From NCBI GenBank assembly GCA_945868845.1, contig CAMBMS010000014.1:2592-66591 (forward strand): a stretch of DNA of 64,000 nucleotides, in the 5' to 3' direction. The translations under genes were made by a program, and so were the position numbers. Under the pieces are notes generated by a model. The model worked only from the letters and a program-made list of their open reading frames with translations. It was not told the origin of the DNA and did not search any database. Of the stretch, positions 40,847 to 50,795 are shown piece by piece; positions within the stretch are counted from its first letter, which is position 1; every line of letters starts with the position of its first letter. Source of the DNA: Asaia bogorensis. GTDB lineage: Bacteria; Pseudomonadota; Alphaproteobacteria; Acetobacterales; Acetobacteraceae.

Positions 40847-42454
40847 GTGACTGATTATGACTACATCATCGTTGGTGCCGGCTCAGCCGGTTGTGTGCTT
40901 GCTAACCGGTTGAGCGAGGATACCGGCAGCAAGGTGCTGCTTCTGGAAGCTGGGCCGGCGGACAAATCTATGTGGATCAACATCCCCGTAGGATTCTCCA
41001 AGTTAATGAATAATCCGAATTATAATTGGATGTTTGAGACCGAGCCCGAAGACAATGTGAAGGGACGAAAAATCCCTATTCCACGTGGCAAGACGCTGGG
41101 TGGTTCGTCGTCGATCAACGGCATGCTCTATGTGCGCGGCCAGCCGCTGGATTATGACGGATGGTCGCAGCTCGGTAATCGTGGTTGGGCGTACGATTCC
41201 ATCCTGCCCTACTTCAAGAAATCCGAGCATTTCGAACCTGGTGGAAACGATCCCGCGCGAGGCTCCGGCGGGTTGTTGAATGTCGCTGATATGCGAGAGC
41301 GTCATGAAATGATCGAAGCCTTCATCGATGCCGGCGTCGCCATGGGATACAAGCGCAACAAAGACTATAATAACGGCGATCAGGAAGGCTTCGGCTATTT
41401 CCAGGTGACGCAGAAGAATGGCGAACGCTGGTCTACCGCACGCGCTTTCCTAAACCCGGCGAAAGCACGCGGCAACCTCCGGATTGAGACCGAGGCCATG
41501 GCCACCCGCGTGTTACTCGATGGGACGCGCTGTACTGGGGTCGAGTATATGCAGGGCGGGGAGAAGAAAATAGCGACGGTTGCGCGCGAGGTGATCCTCG
41601 CGGCCGGGGCGGTGAAGTCGCCACATCTGCTTGAGCTTTCTGGCATCGGCCAGCCAGCATTACTACAATCTTGGGGGGTTAACGTTACGCATGCGCTGTC
41701 AGGGGTGGGTGAAAATTACCGCGATCACTACGCCCCGCGCATGAACTGGCGTACCAACCAACCGATTACGCTGAATGAGCAAACCCGCGGTCTGACTTTC
41801 GTCAAGGAAATCGCGAAATACTACCTGCAGCGCCGTGGTATCCTGACGTGGACCGCCGGCATCGCCTATGGCTTCATCAAGACGCGCCCGGAGCTTGAAA
41901 CACCGGACGTGCAGCTTAGCTATGCTCATGCAAGCTACGCCAATGCGGCCGACCGCGTGCTGGACAAGGCGCCGGGCATGACCATGACGCTCTATCAGTG
42001 CCGGCCTGAATCAAAGGGCTCCATCCATCTGAAATCGCCTAACCCACTGGCCGCCCCGGCGATCCGGCCCAACTTCCTCGCTGATGCCATCGATCGCGAT
42101 TGCCTGGTGGCCGGCATGAAAATCGTTCGTCAGCTGGTCCATACTGCGCCGCTGTTTAATTATCTCGCCCATGAAATGACCCCTGGCGATGCGGTGCAGA
42201 CTGACGAGCAGTGGCTGAATTTTGCGCGTGCGAACGGGCAGACCACTTATCACGTCATCGGAACCTGCAAGATGGGGCAGGACAATATGGCCGTCGTGGA
42301 TGACCAACTACGCGTGCATGGCATTTCCGGCCTGCGCGTGGCCGATGCCTCCATCATGCCCACCATGGTCTCTGGCAACACCAACGCCGCCGTTATCATG
42401 ATCGCGGAGAAAGCTGCCGACATGATCCGTGCCGCCACGCGCGTGGCAGCTTGA
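40847..42454 (+). CDS. GMC family oxidoreductase (choline dehydrogenase-like)
   Basis: GTG start; [36 protein letters not shown]-terminal HVIGTCKMG...RVADASIMP. Confidence 0.9.
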   Translation: MTDYDYIIVGAGSAGCVLANRLSEDTGSKVLLLEAGPADKSMWINIPVGFSKLMNNPNYNWMFETEPEDNVKGRKIPIPRGKTLGGSSSINGMLYVRGQPLDYDGWSQLGNRGWAYDSILPYFKKSEHFEPGGNDPARGSGGLLNVADMRERHEMIEAFIDAGVAMGYKRNKDYNNGDQEGFGYFQVTQKNGERWSTARAFLNPAKARGNLRIETEAMATRVLLDGTRCTGVEYMQGGEKKIATVAREVILAAGAVKSPHLLELSGIGQPALLQSWGVNVTHALSGVGENYRDHYAPRMNWRTNQPITLNEQTRGLTFVKEIAKYYLQRRGILTWTAGIAYGFIKTRPELETPDVQLSYAHASYANAADRVLDKAPGMTMTLYQCRPESKGSIHLKSPNPLAAPAIRPNFLADAIDRDCLVAGMKIVRQLVHTAPLFNYLAHEMTPGDAVQTDEQWLNFARANGQTTYHVIGTCKMGQDNMAVVDDQLRVHGISGLRVADASIMPTMVSGNTNAAVIMIAEKAADMIRAATRVAA

Positions 42455-42531
42455 GCTTCGAAGAAGATCGAGGGGAGCACCGCTCCCTGGTGGGGGTTGG
42501 GAGAAAAGCCCGCAATTTTACTTTCCGCAGG
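42450..42531 (+). repeat. copy B of the approximately 82-bp dispersed repeat
   Basis: CTTGAGCTTCGAAGAAGATCGAGGGGAGCACCGCTCCCTGGTGGGGGTTGGGAGAAAAGCCCGCAATTTTACTTTCCGCAGG. It spans the 63-bp convergent gap and overlaps both stop codons (GMC TGA at 42452-42454; racemase-family stop at 42518-42520). Confidence 0.75.
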
Positions 42532-43192
42532 CGGCGCGCATTTGGTCGACTGCTGAATTGGGTGATGTCAGTACTGGTATTTTCACGGCTTCGCATGTGC
42601 GTGCGTAGGCGCGCGATGTGGAGAAATGTGCCAGCATGATGGCATCGCAATTGGTTAGTTCTAAGGCGCGCGCGGCGATTAGTGTGTTGTGGGTTTCCGC
42701 GTCGCCTTTGCGCAGTGCGTCCATCGCACCCTCGACGACGATGGTCCGCAATGTCGCCTTGGATCCAGAGGTTTGCACGAATTCTTCGAATTCGTTTGTC
42801 ATGGTGAGTACGGACGGCGCGAAGGTGGCGAGCATGCCTATGCGCGTGCCCTGAACTAGCGCGGCCTGGAACATGGCGTCATTGGGTTTTTGGACGGGAA
42901 TCGGAAGTTCCTGCGTCATCCGTTCGATGGCTGGGCCGAAGGCCGAACAAGTGACCAGGATACCAGTAGCACCAATGCGATGCGCGTAGAGACCGAGTTC
43001 CTTGAAACGCTCGAACATGCGGGGCGTCAGATCGTGATCCTTCGCGCGATCAACCGATAACGAGGCGTCGAGCAGGTCGACGATTTCGGCTTCCGGCCAT
43101 CGGGCGGCGAAGGCTTGCTGAATCGGCTCCATCGCGACCGGCGTGCCATGGAGGAGGACGATGCGGGGTTTCGCGGTCATGGTGGCTCCCAT
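42518..43192 (-). CDS. Asp/Glu/hydantoin racemase family protein (arylmalonate decarboxylase-like)
   Basis: 224 aa with [10 protein letters not shown] and [10 protein letters not shown], the two pseudo-symmetric Cys/Ser loops typical of this superfamily. Assignment by recollection only. Confidence 0.65.
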   Translation of the reverse strand: MGATMTAKPRIVLLHGTPVAMEPIQQAFAARWPEAEIVDLLDASLSVDRAKDHDLTPRMFERFKELGLYAHRIGATGILVTCSAFGPAIERMTQELPIPVQKPNDAMFQAALVQGTRIGMLATFAPSVLTMTNEFEEFVQTSGSKATLRTIVVEGAMDALRKGDAETHNTLIAARALELTNCDAIMLAHFSTSRAYARTCEAVKIPVLTSPNSAVDQMRAACGK

Positions 43193-43198
43193 TTTAAC

Positions 43199-43918
43199 TT
43201 AAGCCGGCGCGAGGCATGAGGTGAGGCCGCCATTGGTGTAGGCTTTGGTCGCTTCCGCCGAGGTGAGGAGGCGAAGGAACGCCCGAGCGCCGTCTGTGTT
43301 GGGGGCATCGTTAAAGATGGCCGCGTCGAAGCGCGAGGCGACCTGGATGCTGGCGGGAAAGGGGCCGGCGACGTCGATGCCGGGCACGGTCATCAATTCA
43401 CTGATCTGCTGCACGGCGAGTTCGGCCTCGCCGCTGGCGACTTTTTCGGCGGTGAAGCCCATCGGGATGATGACGGCTTTGGCGTTTACCGCGGCAGCGA
43501 TTCCGAGTTTTTCGATGAGGTTGGCGAAATAGATGCCGCTGGCGCCGGCCTTGGAGTAGGCGACGGCGCTCGCCGTCAACATGGCGCGCTTGAATGCTTC
43601 CACTGTCGACACATCTGGCCGCGGCGCGCCCTGGCGTACGCCGACACCGAGCACCGATTCCGCTAGGGGGACCCGCGTTTCCGGTCGTACGATGCTCGCC
43701 GCGACGAGGTGGTCCATGGAGGCATTGATCGCGATGACCAGATCGGCGCGCTGGCCCGCCTCGATCGATGTCATGATGGCTGCGGTCGGGCGCCAGTCGA
43801 TGTCCAGGCGGAAGGTGGAATTGGCCTCGAAGCTGGGTTTCAGCCAGCGATTGATCGCCACTTCCAGGGCAAGGCCGCTCATTACCTTTACGACGGTAGC
43901 GTTGTTTTGACGGGGCAT
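43199..43918 (-). CDS. periplasmic-binding-protein-like (ModA/PBP2-type) substrate-binding domain protein, no obvious signal peptide
   Basis: 239 aa; VKVMSGLALEVAINRW..., AYSKAGASGIYFANLIEKLG, ELAVQQISELMTVPGIDVAGPFP. ATG verified at 43918. The 426-aa track ORF overlaps the divergent gene and is rejected. Confidence 0.6.
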   Translation of the reverse strand: MPRQNNATVVKVMSGLALEVAINRWLKPSFEANSTFRLDIDWRPTAAIMTSIEAGQRADLVIAINASMDHLVAASIVRPETRVPLAESVLGVGVRQGAPRPDVSTVEAFKRAMLTASAVAYSKAGASGIYFANLIEKLGIAAAVNAKAVIIPMGFTAEKVASGEAELAVQQISELMTVPGIDVAGPFPASIQVASRFDAAIFNDAPNTDGARAFLRLLTSAEATKAYTNGGLTSCLAPA

Positions 43919-44060
43919 GGCGGTGTGTCTCGCTCTGTCGCTAATTTGGGTCGAGCCTGATTCTTGGGTAGGTGGCGTGATGATGCCGCATCCTGACAAT
44001 AAGTGCGATGATGGAGTAGTGGGGGTAGTGTTGGAGGGACACAGGGGGTAAGGGTCGGCG

Positions 44061-45023
44061 ATGCAAATTGGATTTATCGGCCTTGGCATCATGGGCGGGG
44101 CGATGGCGGCCAATCTGCTAAAAGCGGGGTGGGATGTCAGCGTGTATGACAGGCGCCGGGCTGCCGCCGAGCGGCATCTGGCCGCGGGAGCGCGCTGGGT
44201 GGATTCGCCGGCAGCGATGGCGGAATGCTGCGATACGATTTTCAGCTGCCTGCCGGATCTGGGGGCGATTGAGGTAGTGGCGCTTGGCGCCGATGGCATT
44301 TTGGCGCGCGCGCGGCCGGGGACGGCGCTGTTCGAGATGTCAACCAATTCGCCGGCCTTGGTCCGCCGGCTGCACGCGGCTTTCGCGGCCAAGGGCGCGC
44401 ATATGCTGGATGCGCCGATCAGCGGTGGCGCGGCGGGGGCGGTCTCCGGCCGGTTGGCGATGTGGGTAGGAGGTGACAAGAACAGCTTCGATCGTTACCA
44501 GCCGGCTTTGGCGGCGATGGCGGATCATGTCACCTATGTCGGTGCGTCCGGTGCCGGGCTCGTCACCAAGATCGTGCATAATTGTGCCAGCCAAACGATG
44601 CAGGCGGCGCTGACCGAAGTGTTCGTTCTGGGGGTGAAGGCCGGAGCCGAGCCGGTGGCGCTGTGGGAAGCGATCCGCCAGGGCTCGATTGGCCGGCGGC
44701 GCAGTTTCGACGGTTTGGTCGACGAGTTCCTGCCCGGCACCTATGATTCGCCCAGCGCGGCGCTGCGCATCGTGCACAAGGACATGATGGTGGCGACGGA
44801 GCTGGGGCGTGAATTGAACGTGCCGTTGCGCTTCGCCAATCTAGCGCTGGCCGATATCATGGAGGCGATGCAGCGCGGCTGGGCAGAGCGCGACGCGCGG
44901 TCTGTCATGTTACTGCCCCAGGAACGCGCCGGTGTGCGCATCGCCGAGGACAAAACGCGGATCGATGCCGTGCTGGCGCGCGACCCACCGGCGCCCACCG
45001 ACACAAGACGGGGCAAACCATGA
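44061..45023 (+). CDS. NAD(P)-dependent oxidoreductase, 3-hydroxyisobutyrate/tartronate-semialdehyde reductase family
   Basis: MQIGFIGLGIMGGAMAANLLKAG (Rossmann fold), DAPISGG, KIVHNC. Confidence 0.85.
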   Translation: MQIGFIGLGIMGGAMAANLLKAGWDVSVYDRRRAAAERHLAAGARWVDSPAAMAECCDTIFSCLPDLGAIEVVALGADGILARARPGTALFEMSTNSPALVRRLHAAFAAKGAHMLDAPISGGAAGAVSGRLAMWVGGDKNSFDRYQPALAAMADHVTYVGASGAGLVTKIVHNCASQTMQAALTEVFVLGVKAGAEPVALWEAIRQGSIGRRRSFDGLVDEFLPGTYDSPSAALRIVHKDMMVATELGRELNVPLRFANLALADIMEAMQRGWAERDARSVMLLPQERAGVRIAEDKTRIDAVLARDPPAPTDTRRGKP

Positions 45024-45223
45024 GCGACCGGGCAGGCACGCAGCACACCCGCACAAGGGGTGATCGCGTCGCTGGTAAGATGGCGTTGGTTTCCGGCGGC
45101 GCCGAGGCCGTCGATCTGGCCAACGACGAGGCGCGCTGTGTGACCGGCACCCCGCTGCCGATCGATGCCGGGGTGCGTGCTATCTCGCCGCATTTTGCCA
45201 CCAGCGCGCAGCGGCTGGATTGA
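45020..45223 (+). pseudogene. SDR relic with in-frame internal deletion (N-terminal and C-terminal motifs fused)
   Basis: 67-aa ORF in which VAGKMALVSGGAE (the SDR TGxxxG start) is directly joined to AVDLANDEARCVTGTPLPIDAG (the SDR C-terminal SDEAxYVTGxxLxVDGG motif). About 180-200 aa of a normal SDR are missing. Confidence 0.45.
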
Positions 45224-45231
45224 CGGGGAGC

Positions 45232-46404
45232 ATGGAGATACCGTTGTTTCAATACATCGCCCCGCCGCTGCGTCTGTTCAGTGGGCCGGATAGCCTCGGC
45301 TTACTCGGGCGTGAGCTGGACCGGCTAGGCTGCCGGCGGGCGGTGATTTTCTGCGGATCGAGCCTAGCGCGCGATGGCGCGCTCGATCCGGTCCGCGCGG
45401 CGCTGGGCGAACGCTGCGCCGGACTGTTCGCCGGGGTGCGTGCGCATAGTCCGGTGCCGGATGTCCAGGCTGGGGCAGCGGAATTACGGCAGCGGGGCGC
45501 GGACGCGGTGATTGCGGTGGGCGGCGGCTCCGCCATCGTCAGCGCGCGCGCGGCCAGTATCCTGCTGGCGGAAGCCGGAGAGGTGCGCGCGCTGGCCACG
45601 TCACGCGATGGACACGGTGCGTTGAGAAGTCCCCGGCTGCTGGCGCCAAAATTGCCGCAGCTAGTGATCCCCACCACCCCCACAACGGCAATGGTGAAGG
45701 CCGGCAGCGCCATCTTCGATCCGGCGACGCATGAACGCCTCGCTCTGTTCGATCCTAAGACGCGGGCGCAGGCGATCTTCATCCACCCCGCCCTGGCCGC
45801 GACCGCGCCGCGCGCGCTGGTGGTTAGTGCCAGCCTCGATACGCTGTCCGGCGCGTTGGAAGGGCTGGCGTCGCGCGGCGGCAACCCGCTCACCGATTCG
45901 ATGCTGATGCATGCGCTGCGGCTGCTGGCGCGGCATCTTCCCGCACAGGCTCAAGGCGACGATCCCTGCGCGCGCGGGGAATTGATGCTAGCTGCTATTC
46001 TGTGCGGCCAGGGCACGGAGCATTCCGGCGGTGGCATCGCCACCGTACTGGGCCACGCGATTGGCGCGCGGCATGCGGTGGAAAACGGCATCACCAAGGC
46101 GATCGTGCTGCCGCACGTCCTCCGCTTCAATGCCGAGGCCGCGGCGTCGGGGTTGGCAAAAATCGGCGCGGCGCTCGGCCTGCCGGGAACGGCGCCGGAG
46201 CCACTGGTGGCGCGGGTCATAGCCACCCTGGAGGCCATTTTCCGCGCGCTCAGTCTGCCACGGCGTCTGCGCGATGTTGGCGTCGACATAGCAATCCTGC
46301 CAGATATCGCGGAGAAGGCTATGGGTGACTGGTTTCTGCGCGGCAATCCCCGCCCGGTGCGGGAGGCGGTGGATTTGGAGCAGATTCTGAAGGCGGCGTG
46401 GTGA
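45232..46404 (+). CDS. iron-containing (group III) alcohol dehydrogenase family protein, maleylacetate reductase-like
   Basis: About 390 aa; AVIFCGSSLARDG, VIAVGGGSAIVSARA, HAIGARHAVENGITKAIVLPHVLRFN. ATG 45232 is preferred over the TTG at 45220. Confidence 0.8.
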   Translation: MEIPLFQYIAPPLRLFSGPDSLGLLGRELDRLGCRRAVIFCGSSLARDGALDPVRAALGERCAGLFAGVRAHSPVPDVQAGAAELRQRGADAVIAVGGGSAIVSARAASILLAEAGEVRALATSRDGHGALRSPRLLAPKLPQLVIPTTPTTAMVKAGSAIFDPATHERLALFDPKTRAQAIFIHPALAATAPRALVVSASLDTLSGALEGLASRGGNPLTDSMLMHALRLLARHLPAQAQGDDPCARGELMLAAILCGQGTEHSGGGIATVLGHAIGARHAVENGITKAIVLPHVLRFNAEAAASGLAKIGAALGLPGTAPEPLVARVIATLEAIFRALSLPRRLRDVGVDIAILPDIAEKAMGDWFLRGNPRPVREAVDLEQILKAAW

Positions 46405-46483
46405 CCACGCGCGCCGCAGAACCACCGCACTGTCAATCGCGTCAGGCGTACCCTGGAGGAAATCGTCTACCGCCCCGGCATAA

Positions 46484-46738
46484 GTTTCGCTGAATTCGCT
46501 TGCGCGCTGGAAGTATGGCGGGGATTGTGGCGCGCCCCAACATCCGTCGTGCCTTGCTGAGCGCGGCGCAAAGGAAACGGCGCAGGTCGATCAATTCCTC
46601 GGCGAGTATGATGCGATTCGGCGCACGCGGATCGCAACTAACCTGCATCTGGCGGACACCCGCTTTGCATTCGGCACGATCGTGCGCGACAAGGTTGGCG
46701 AGGCGGTGGCATTGATTACCTTGGTTGGCCACGTGTAG
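46484..46738 (+). pseudogene. possible IclR-type regulator C-terminal fragment (no start codon, no HTH)
   Basis: An open frame without a start codon reads ...LGEYDAIRRTRIATNLHLADTRFAFGTIVRDKVGEAVALITLVGHV*, resembling the IclR effector-domain segment (xIRxxGYAxxxEExxxGxxxIAxPVxDxxGxVVAAISVxG). Weak, recollection-based. Confidence 0.3.
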
Positions 46739-46858
46739 GATTTGCAGCCTCGTACGGCGGAACTGAGCGTGATTTTACTGCGCCACGTCGACGCGCTGAC
46801 ACAGCGCGCGTCGATCTAATGCCATGTCTTGATGGGGCCCCTGCCCATCGGTCCGCTG

Positions 46859-47680
46859 TCAGTGTCCAGTAAAGTGTGGGCGGCGTTTTTCCATGAACGC
46901 CGTGCGGCCTTCGCGAAAATCGCCGCTATCGGCGCAGATTTGTGCCTGGTGGCGGATACGGTCCATATTCCGGTCGGCGGGGTCTTGTAGGCAAGCGGCG
47001 ATCGACATTTTCGACGCCGCGATGGACAGTGGTGCGTTGTCGGTGATGGTACGCGCGATTTCCAGCACGGTTTCGTCCAGCTTATCGGCCACAACGCATT
47101 CGTTGATCAGGCCGATTCGCTCGGCATAGCGAGCATCGAGCTTGCGCGCGGTATACAGGATCATCGCCGCGTGCGACGGGCCCACCAGATCGACGAGATT
47201 GCCCACTTGATCGAAGCCATAAGCGATGGACATGCGCGCGGCGGGAATGCCGAAGATGCCGTCCTCGGCGCTGATGCGCATATCGGCGCGCATGGCGATG
47301 GCGAGGCCGCCGCCCATGCAGAAGCCGCGGATGCGCGCGATGACCGGCTTTGGGAAATTGGCCAGCGCCTTGCGCCCGACGCCGGTCATTCGTTCGTACT
47401 CCTTGGTGGAGTCCGCCGAATTGCGTAGCTTCTCGAACTGCGAAATATCGGCGCCGGACACGAACGCCTTGTCGCCGGCGCCGGTCATGATGACGGAGCG
47501 AATAGCATCGTCCTGTTCCCATTCGCCGAGAATTTCCGCAAGGCCCTGCCACATCTCCACCGACATGGCGTTGCGTTTTTCCGGTTGATTGAAGGTCATG
47601 ATGCCGACGCCATCGGCCTTGGCGGCCAGCATCTTGCCGCCCGCGTAGGATTTCGCGGCGGTGGTGGAAAACATGTCCAT
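46859..47680 (-). CDS. enoyl-CoA hydratase/isomerase family protein
   Basis: 273 aa with MTFNQPEKRNAMS, TGAGDKAFVSGADI and GFCMGGGLAIA. Confidence 0.85.
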   Translation of the reverse strand: MDMFSTTAAKSYAGGKMLAAKADGVGIMTFNQPEKRNAMSVEMWQGLAEILGEWEQDDAIRSVIMTGAGDKAFVSGADISQFEKLRNSADSTKEYERMTGVGRKALANFPKPVIARIRGFCMGGGLAIAMRADMRISAEDGIFGIPAARMSIAYGFDQVGNLVDLVGPSHAAMILYTARKLDARYAERIGLINECVVADKLDETVLEIARTITDNAPLSIAASKMSIAACLQDPADRNMDRIRHQAQICADSGDFREGRTAFMEKRRPHFTGH

Positions 47681-48891
47681 CAGACGACTCCCTTTTTACG
47701 CAGCTCGGCGATCTCCGCCTCGCTGTAACCGACGCTGGTCAATACCGCAGCGGTATGCTCGCCCGCCTCCGGTGTGTGCCGGCGAATATCCCTGGAGAAA
47801 CCTGTGATATTGAAGGGGGAGGCTACTACCTCCTCATCGCCGAGGGTTGGGTGCTTCATCACCCGCGCCATGCCTAGATGTTTGACTTGCGGATCGGCGA
47901 ACACCTGGTCGATGGAATAGATCGGCCCGCAAGGAATTCCCGCGCCCTCGAACAATTCGATCCAATGTGCCGCCGGTTGGGTCTTCGTCACCTCGCCAAT
48001 CGCCGCGTTGATCTCCTTACGGTTTTTCGAACGCCCCTTCTGGTCAGTCCAGCCTTCGCGGGTTTTCCATTCGGGTTTGTTGATATTGTCGCAAAACCGT
48101 TCGAAGAGTCGCGCCGAACTGGCGGCGATATTGATATGTCCGTCCGAAGTCGGGAACACGCCCGTCGGAATTCCCGTCGGATGGTCATTGCCCGCCTGGG
48201 GCGCGACTTCTTTGGCGATCAGCCAGCGCGACGCCTGGAAATCGAGCATGAAGATTTGTGCCTCCAGCAGGCTGGTCGTCACCCACCGTCCCACCCCGGT
48301 CACTTCACGGTCGTACAGCGCCATCATAGTGCCGAGCGCCAGCAGGTTGCCGGCGGTGAGGTCGGCGATGGGAATGCCGACGCGCACCGGCCCCTGGCCC
48401 GGCAGGCCGGTGATGGACATCAGCCCTCCCATGCCCTGTGCGATCTGGTCCACCCCCGCGCGCGGGCCATATGGCCCGTCCTGGCCGAAGCCGGAGATTG
48501 AGGCGTAGACGATGCGTGGGTTTACGGTCTTCACATCGTCGAAGGAAACCTTTAGCCGATGTTTCACGTTGGCGCGCATGTTTTCGACGATCACATCGGC
48601 CTTGGTGACAAGGCGCATGAAGGCCGCATGGCCCTCTGGGTCCTTCAGGTTCAGATTGATGGCGCGCTTGTTGCGGTGCAGGTTCTGGAAGTCGAACCCA
48701 TGCCGCGCCCCGGTCACTTCCTCCACCCCCGCCTGCGCCGGCGGCTCGATGCGGATGACATTCGCACCCCAGTCCGCCAGATGCCGCACGCAGGTGGGTC
48801 CCGCACGCGCCAGGGTTAGATCCAGCACCGTAATGCGCGAAAGCGGCAGCTTCGCGTCGGATTGTACACTTGCCATCGGGCTTTCGGGCAT
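47680..48891 (-). CDS. CaiB/BaiF family (class III) CoA-transferase
   Basis: ITVLDLTLARAGPTCVRHLADWGANVIRIEPP is the family signature. ATG 48891 lies behind GGGAGGAG. Stop overlaps the next start by 1 nt. Confidence 0.85.
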   Translation of the reverse strand: MPESPMASVQSDAKLPLSRITVLDLTLARAGPTCVRHLADWGANVIRIEPPAQAGVEEVTGARHGFDFQNLHRNKRAINLNLKDPEGHAAFMRLVTKADVIVENMRANVKHRLKVSFDDVKTVNPRIVYASISGFGQDGPYGPRAGVDQIAQGMGGLMSITGLPGQGPVRVGIPIADLTAGNLLALGTMMALYDREVTGVGRWVTTSLLEAQIFMLDFQASRWLIAKEVAPQAGNDHPTGIPTGVFPTSDGHINIAASSARLFERFCDNINKPEWKTREGWTDQKGRSKNRKEINAAIGEVTKTQPAAHWIELFEGAGIPCGPIYSIDQVFADPQVKHLGMARVMKHPTLGDEEVVASPFNITGFSRDIRRHTPEAGEHTAAVLTSVGYSEAEIAELRKKGVV

Positions 48892-48965
48892 CGGAGCTCC
48901 TCCCTCTTGGGATCCTATACTCGGCCGGTCCCGCATTCTTCTCAAGAGTGTGATTTCATAGAGCC

Positions 48966-49583
48966 ATGAAACCCCCTTGGGAACCCGTGGACTTGGCCCT
49001 CGTCATCGCCCTCGACGGCTCCGCCAGCACGCGCTGCGGCGAATTCAACCTCATCGCCAACGGCATGGGCGCGGTGCTCCGTGACCAAGCCGTCATCGCT
49101 GGCCTCATTCATGGCCCGCACCGCGCCGCCATGGTTTCTTTCCTCCTCTGGTCCAGCATCAACGACCAGGATGTCCTGGTGGACTGGATCCGAATCGTCA
49201 CTACCGCCGCCTCTCGCGTCGTTGCCGAGGAGGCGGAAAACGTTCCCCGCACCATCCGCGCCGGCGGCACGGCCTTGGGCGAGGCCCTCGCCCCTTGCCA
49301 CACACTCCTCGCCGGCGCCCCCGCTCCGGCTAGCCGCCGCGTCGTTGATATCGCCGGCGACGACCGCCCTAACGAAGGTCCCCCGGCCCCGAACGTGGCC
49401 GCACAGTCGCCACCGGCATCATCATCAACGGCCTGTGAATTCGGATTGCTCCGCCACCTGGTGGTGAAATGGATGATACCAGCCTACTTCCATTGTCGTG
49501 CCCCGTGCCAGGCGGCGCATGCTCTACGCAGCCTGGCCGCATTCGGCTATTCTAACCGCGCGACCATCACGGTACCGATGTAG
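48966..49583 (+). pseudogene. DUF1194 (vWA-like) protein, apparently frameshifted in its C-terminal third and lacking a signal peptide
   Basis: The N-terminal two thirds are collinear with DUF1194 (VDLALVIALDGSAS..., VDWIRI..., GGTALGEAL, RRVVDIAGDDRPNEG). The expected ARDxxVAxGIxINGL continues only in the +1 frame (RGRTVATGIIINGL then TGA), and the GGPGA-like segment is in yet another frame. Confidence 0.5.
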
Positions 49584-49595
49584 GAAGGGCGGCCA

Positions 49596-50756
49596 ATGCA
49601 AGTCCACACAGGAGCGACACGGGTGGATCTGGTGCCGGCATTTCGCGATGCTCTCGCAGGCTGCATCGATCGGGGTGGCGAGGTGGGCCTGCAACTGGCG
49701 ATCTACCAGAACAGCGAGCTGGTGGTCGATATGTGGGCCGGCATAGCCGATGTTACGACCGGGCGCGCGGTGGCGGCGGATACGTTGTTTCCCACGTTCT
49801 CCGTTATCAAGGCGGTGACGGCGGTGGCGCTGCATGTGCAGGCGGAGCGCGGGCTGGTCGATTATGACACCCCGGTTGCGCACTACTGGCCCGAATTCGC
49901 GGTTCATGGCAAGGACAGTCTGACGGTGCGTCACGTGTTGCAGCACCGTTCTGGCATCTGGCAGATGCCGGAGGATGTGACGCCGGCGATCATGGCCGAT
50001 TACGACTACATGGTTGATGCCATCGCCCGGCTGACCCCGATCTTCGAACCCGGCACGCGCAATGGCTATCAGAGCTATACGTTCGGCTGGATCGTCGCAG
50101 AGATTGTGCGTCGCACCGATCCGGCGCGGCGGCCCTTTTTTACTTTCGTGCAGGAAGAAATTCTGCGCCCGCTTGGGATCCACGATCTGTGGATCGGCCT
50201 ACCCGCTAGCGAACATGGACGCGTCGCGCGGCTGGTTAACGCGCCGCCGCGCGATCTGCCGCCCGACGCCCCGTCGCTGCGCGCCATCCCACTGCCTGTA
50301 GGTACGCGCGAGGAGATTTTTGGCCGCGCTGATATTCGTGAGGCCTGCATCCCCGGTGCCGGCGGAATGACCACCGCGCCCTGCATGGCGCGCTTCTTCG
50401 CCATGCTGGCGGATGGCGGCGCATTGGATGGCGTGCGGCTGCTCTCGGCGGCCCGGGTGAAGAATTTCTCCATCGCCCGCCCTGACGCTGACCAGCCAGA
50501 TGACGTGCACGGCATTCCGCTGCGTATCGGCGCCGGGTTCTGGACCGGGGGCAACACGCAACCGGCTAACCTCGCCCGTCTGATCGGTAATAACACGCAT
50601 GCCATCGGTCATCCCGGCGCGGGCGGCTCGCTGGCCTGGGCGGACCCGGATGCGCGCCTGGCGGTGTCGATCTGCCATAACCGGATGTTCGTGCCGCCCA
50701 ATCCCGGCCTCGATCCGATCCGTGCGGTGATTACTGCAAGTTTTGGCATAGATTGA
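49596..50756 (+). CDS. serine hydrolase (class C beta-lactamase/esterase family)
   Basis: 386 aa with SxxK as FSVIKAVTAVAL, and HPGAGGS near the C-terminus (KTG-box equivalent). Confidence 0.8.
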   Translation: MQVHTGATRVDLVPAFRDALAGCIDRGGEVGLQLAIYQNSELVVDMWAGIADVTTGRAVAADTLFPTFSVIKAVTAVALHVQAERGLVDYDTPVAHYWPEFAVHGKDSLTVRHVLQHRSGIWQMPEDVTPAIMADYDYMVDAIARLTPIFEPGTRNGYQSYTFGWIVAEIVRRTDPARRPFFTFVQEEILRPLGIHDLWIGLPASEHGRVARLVNAPPRDLPPDAPSLRAIPLPVGTREEIFGRADIREACIPGAGGMTTAPCMARFFAMLADGGALDGVRLLSAARVKNFSIARPDADQPDDVHGIPLRIGAGFWTGGNTQPANLARLIGNNTHAIGHPGAGGSLAWADPDARLAVSICHNRMFVPPNPGLDPIRAVITASFGID

Positions 50757-50795
50757 GGGCGAACGCCGCGTAAAAATTTACAAGGGGAAAATTGC

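Noticed and set aside
43919-44479. Upstream 187-aa extension of the substrate-binding-protein ORF (426 aa in the track).
   Set aside because: It runs antisense through the start of the HIBADH-like gene and is low-complexity. Homology begins at MPRQNNATVVKVMSG (ATG 43918).
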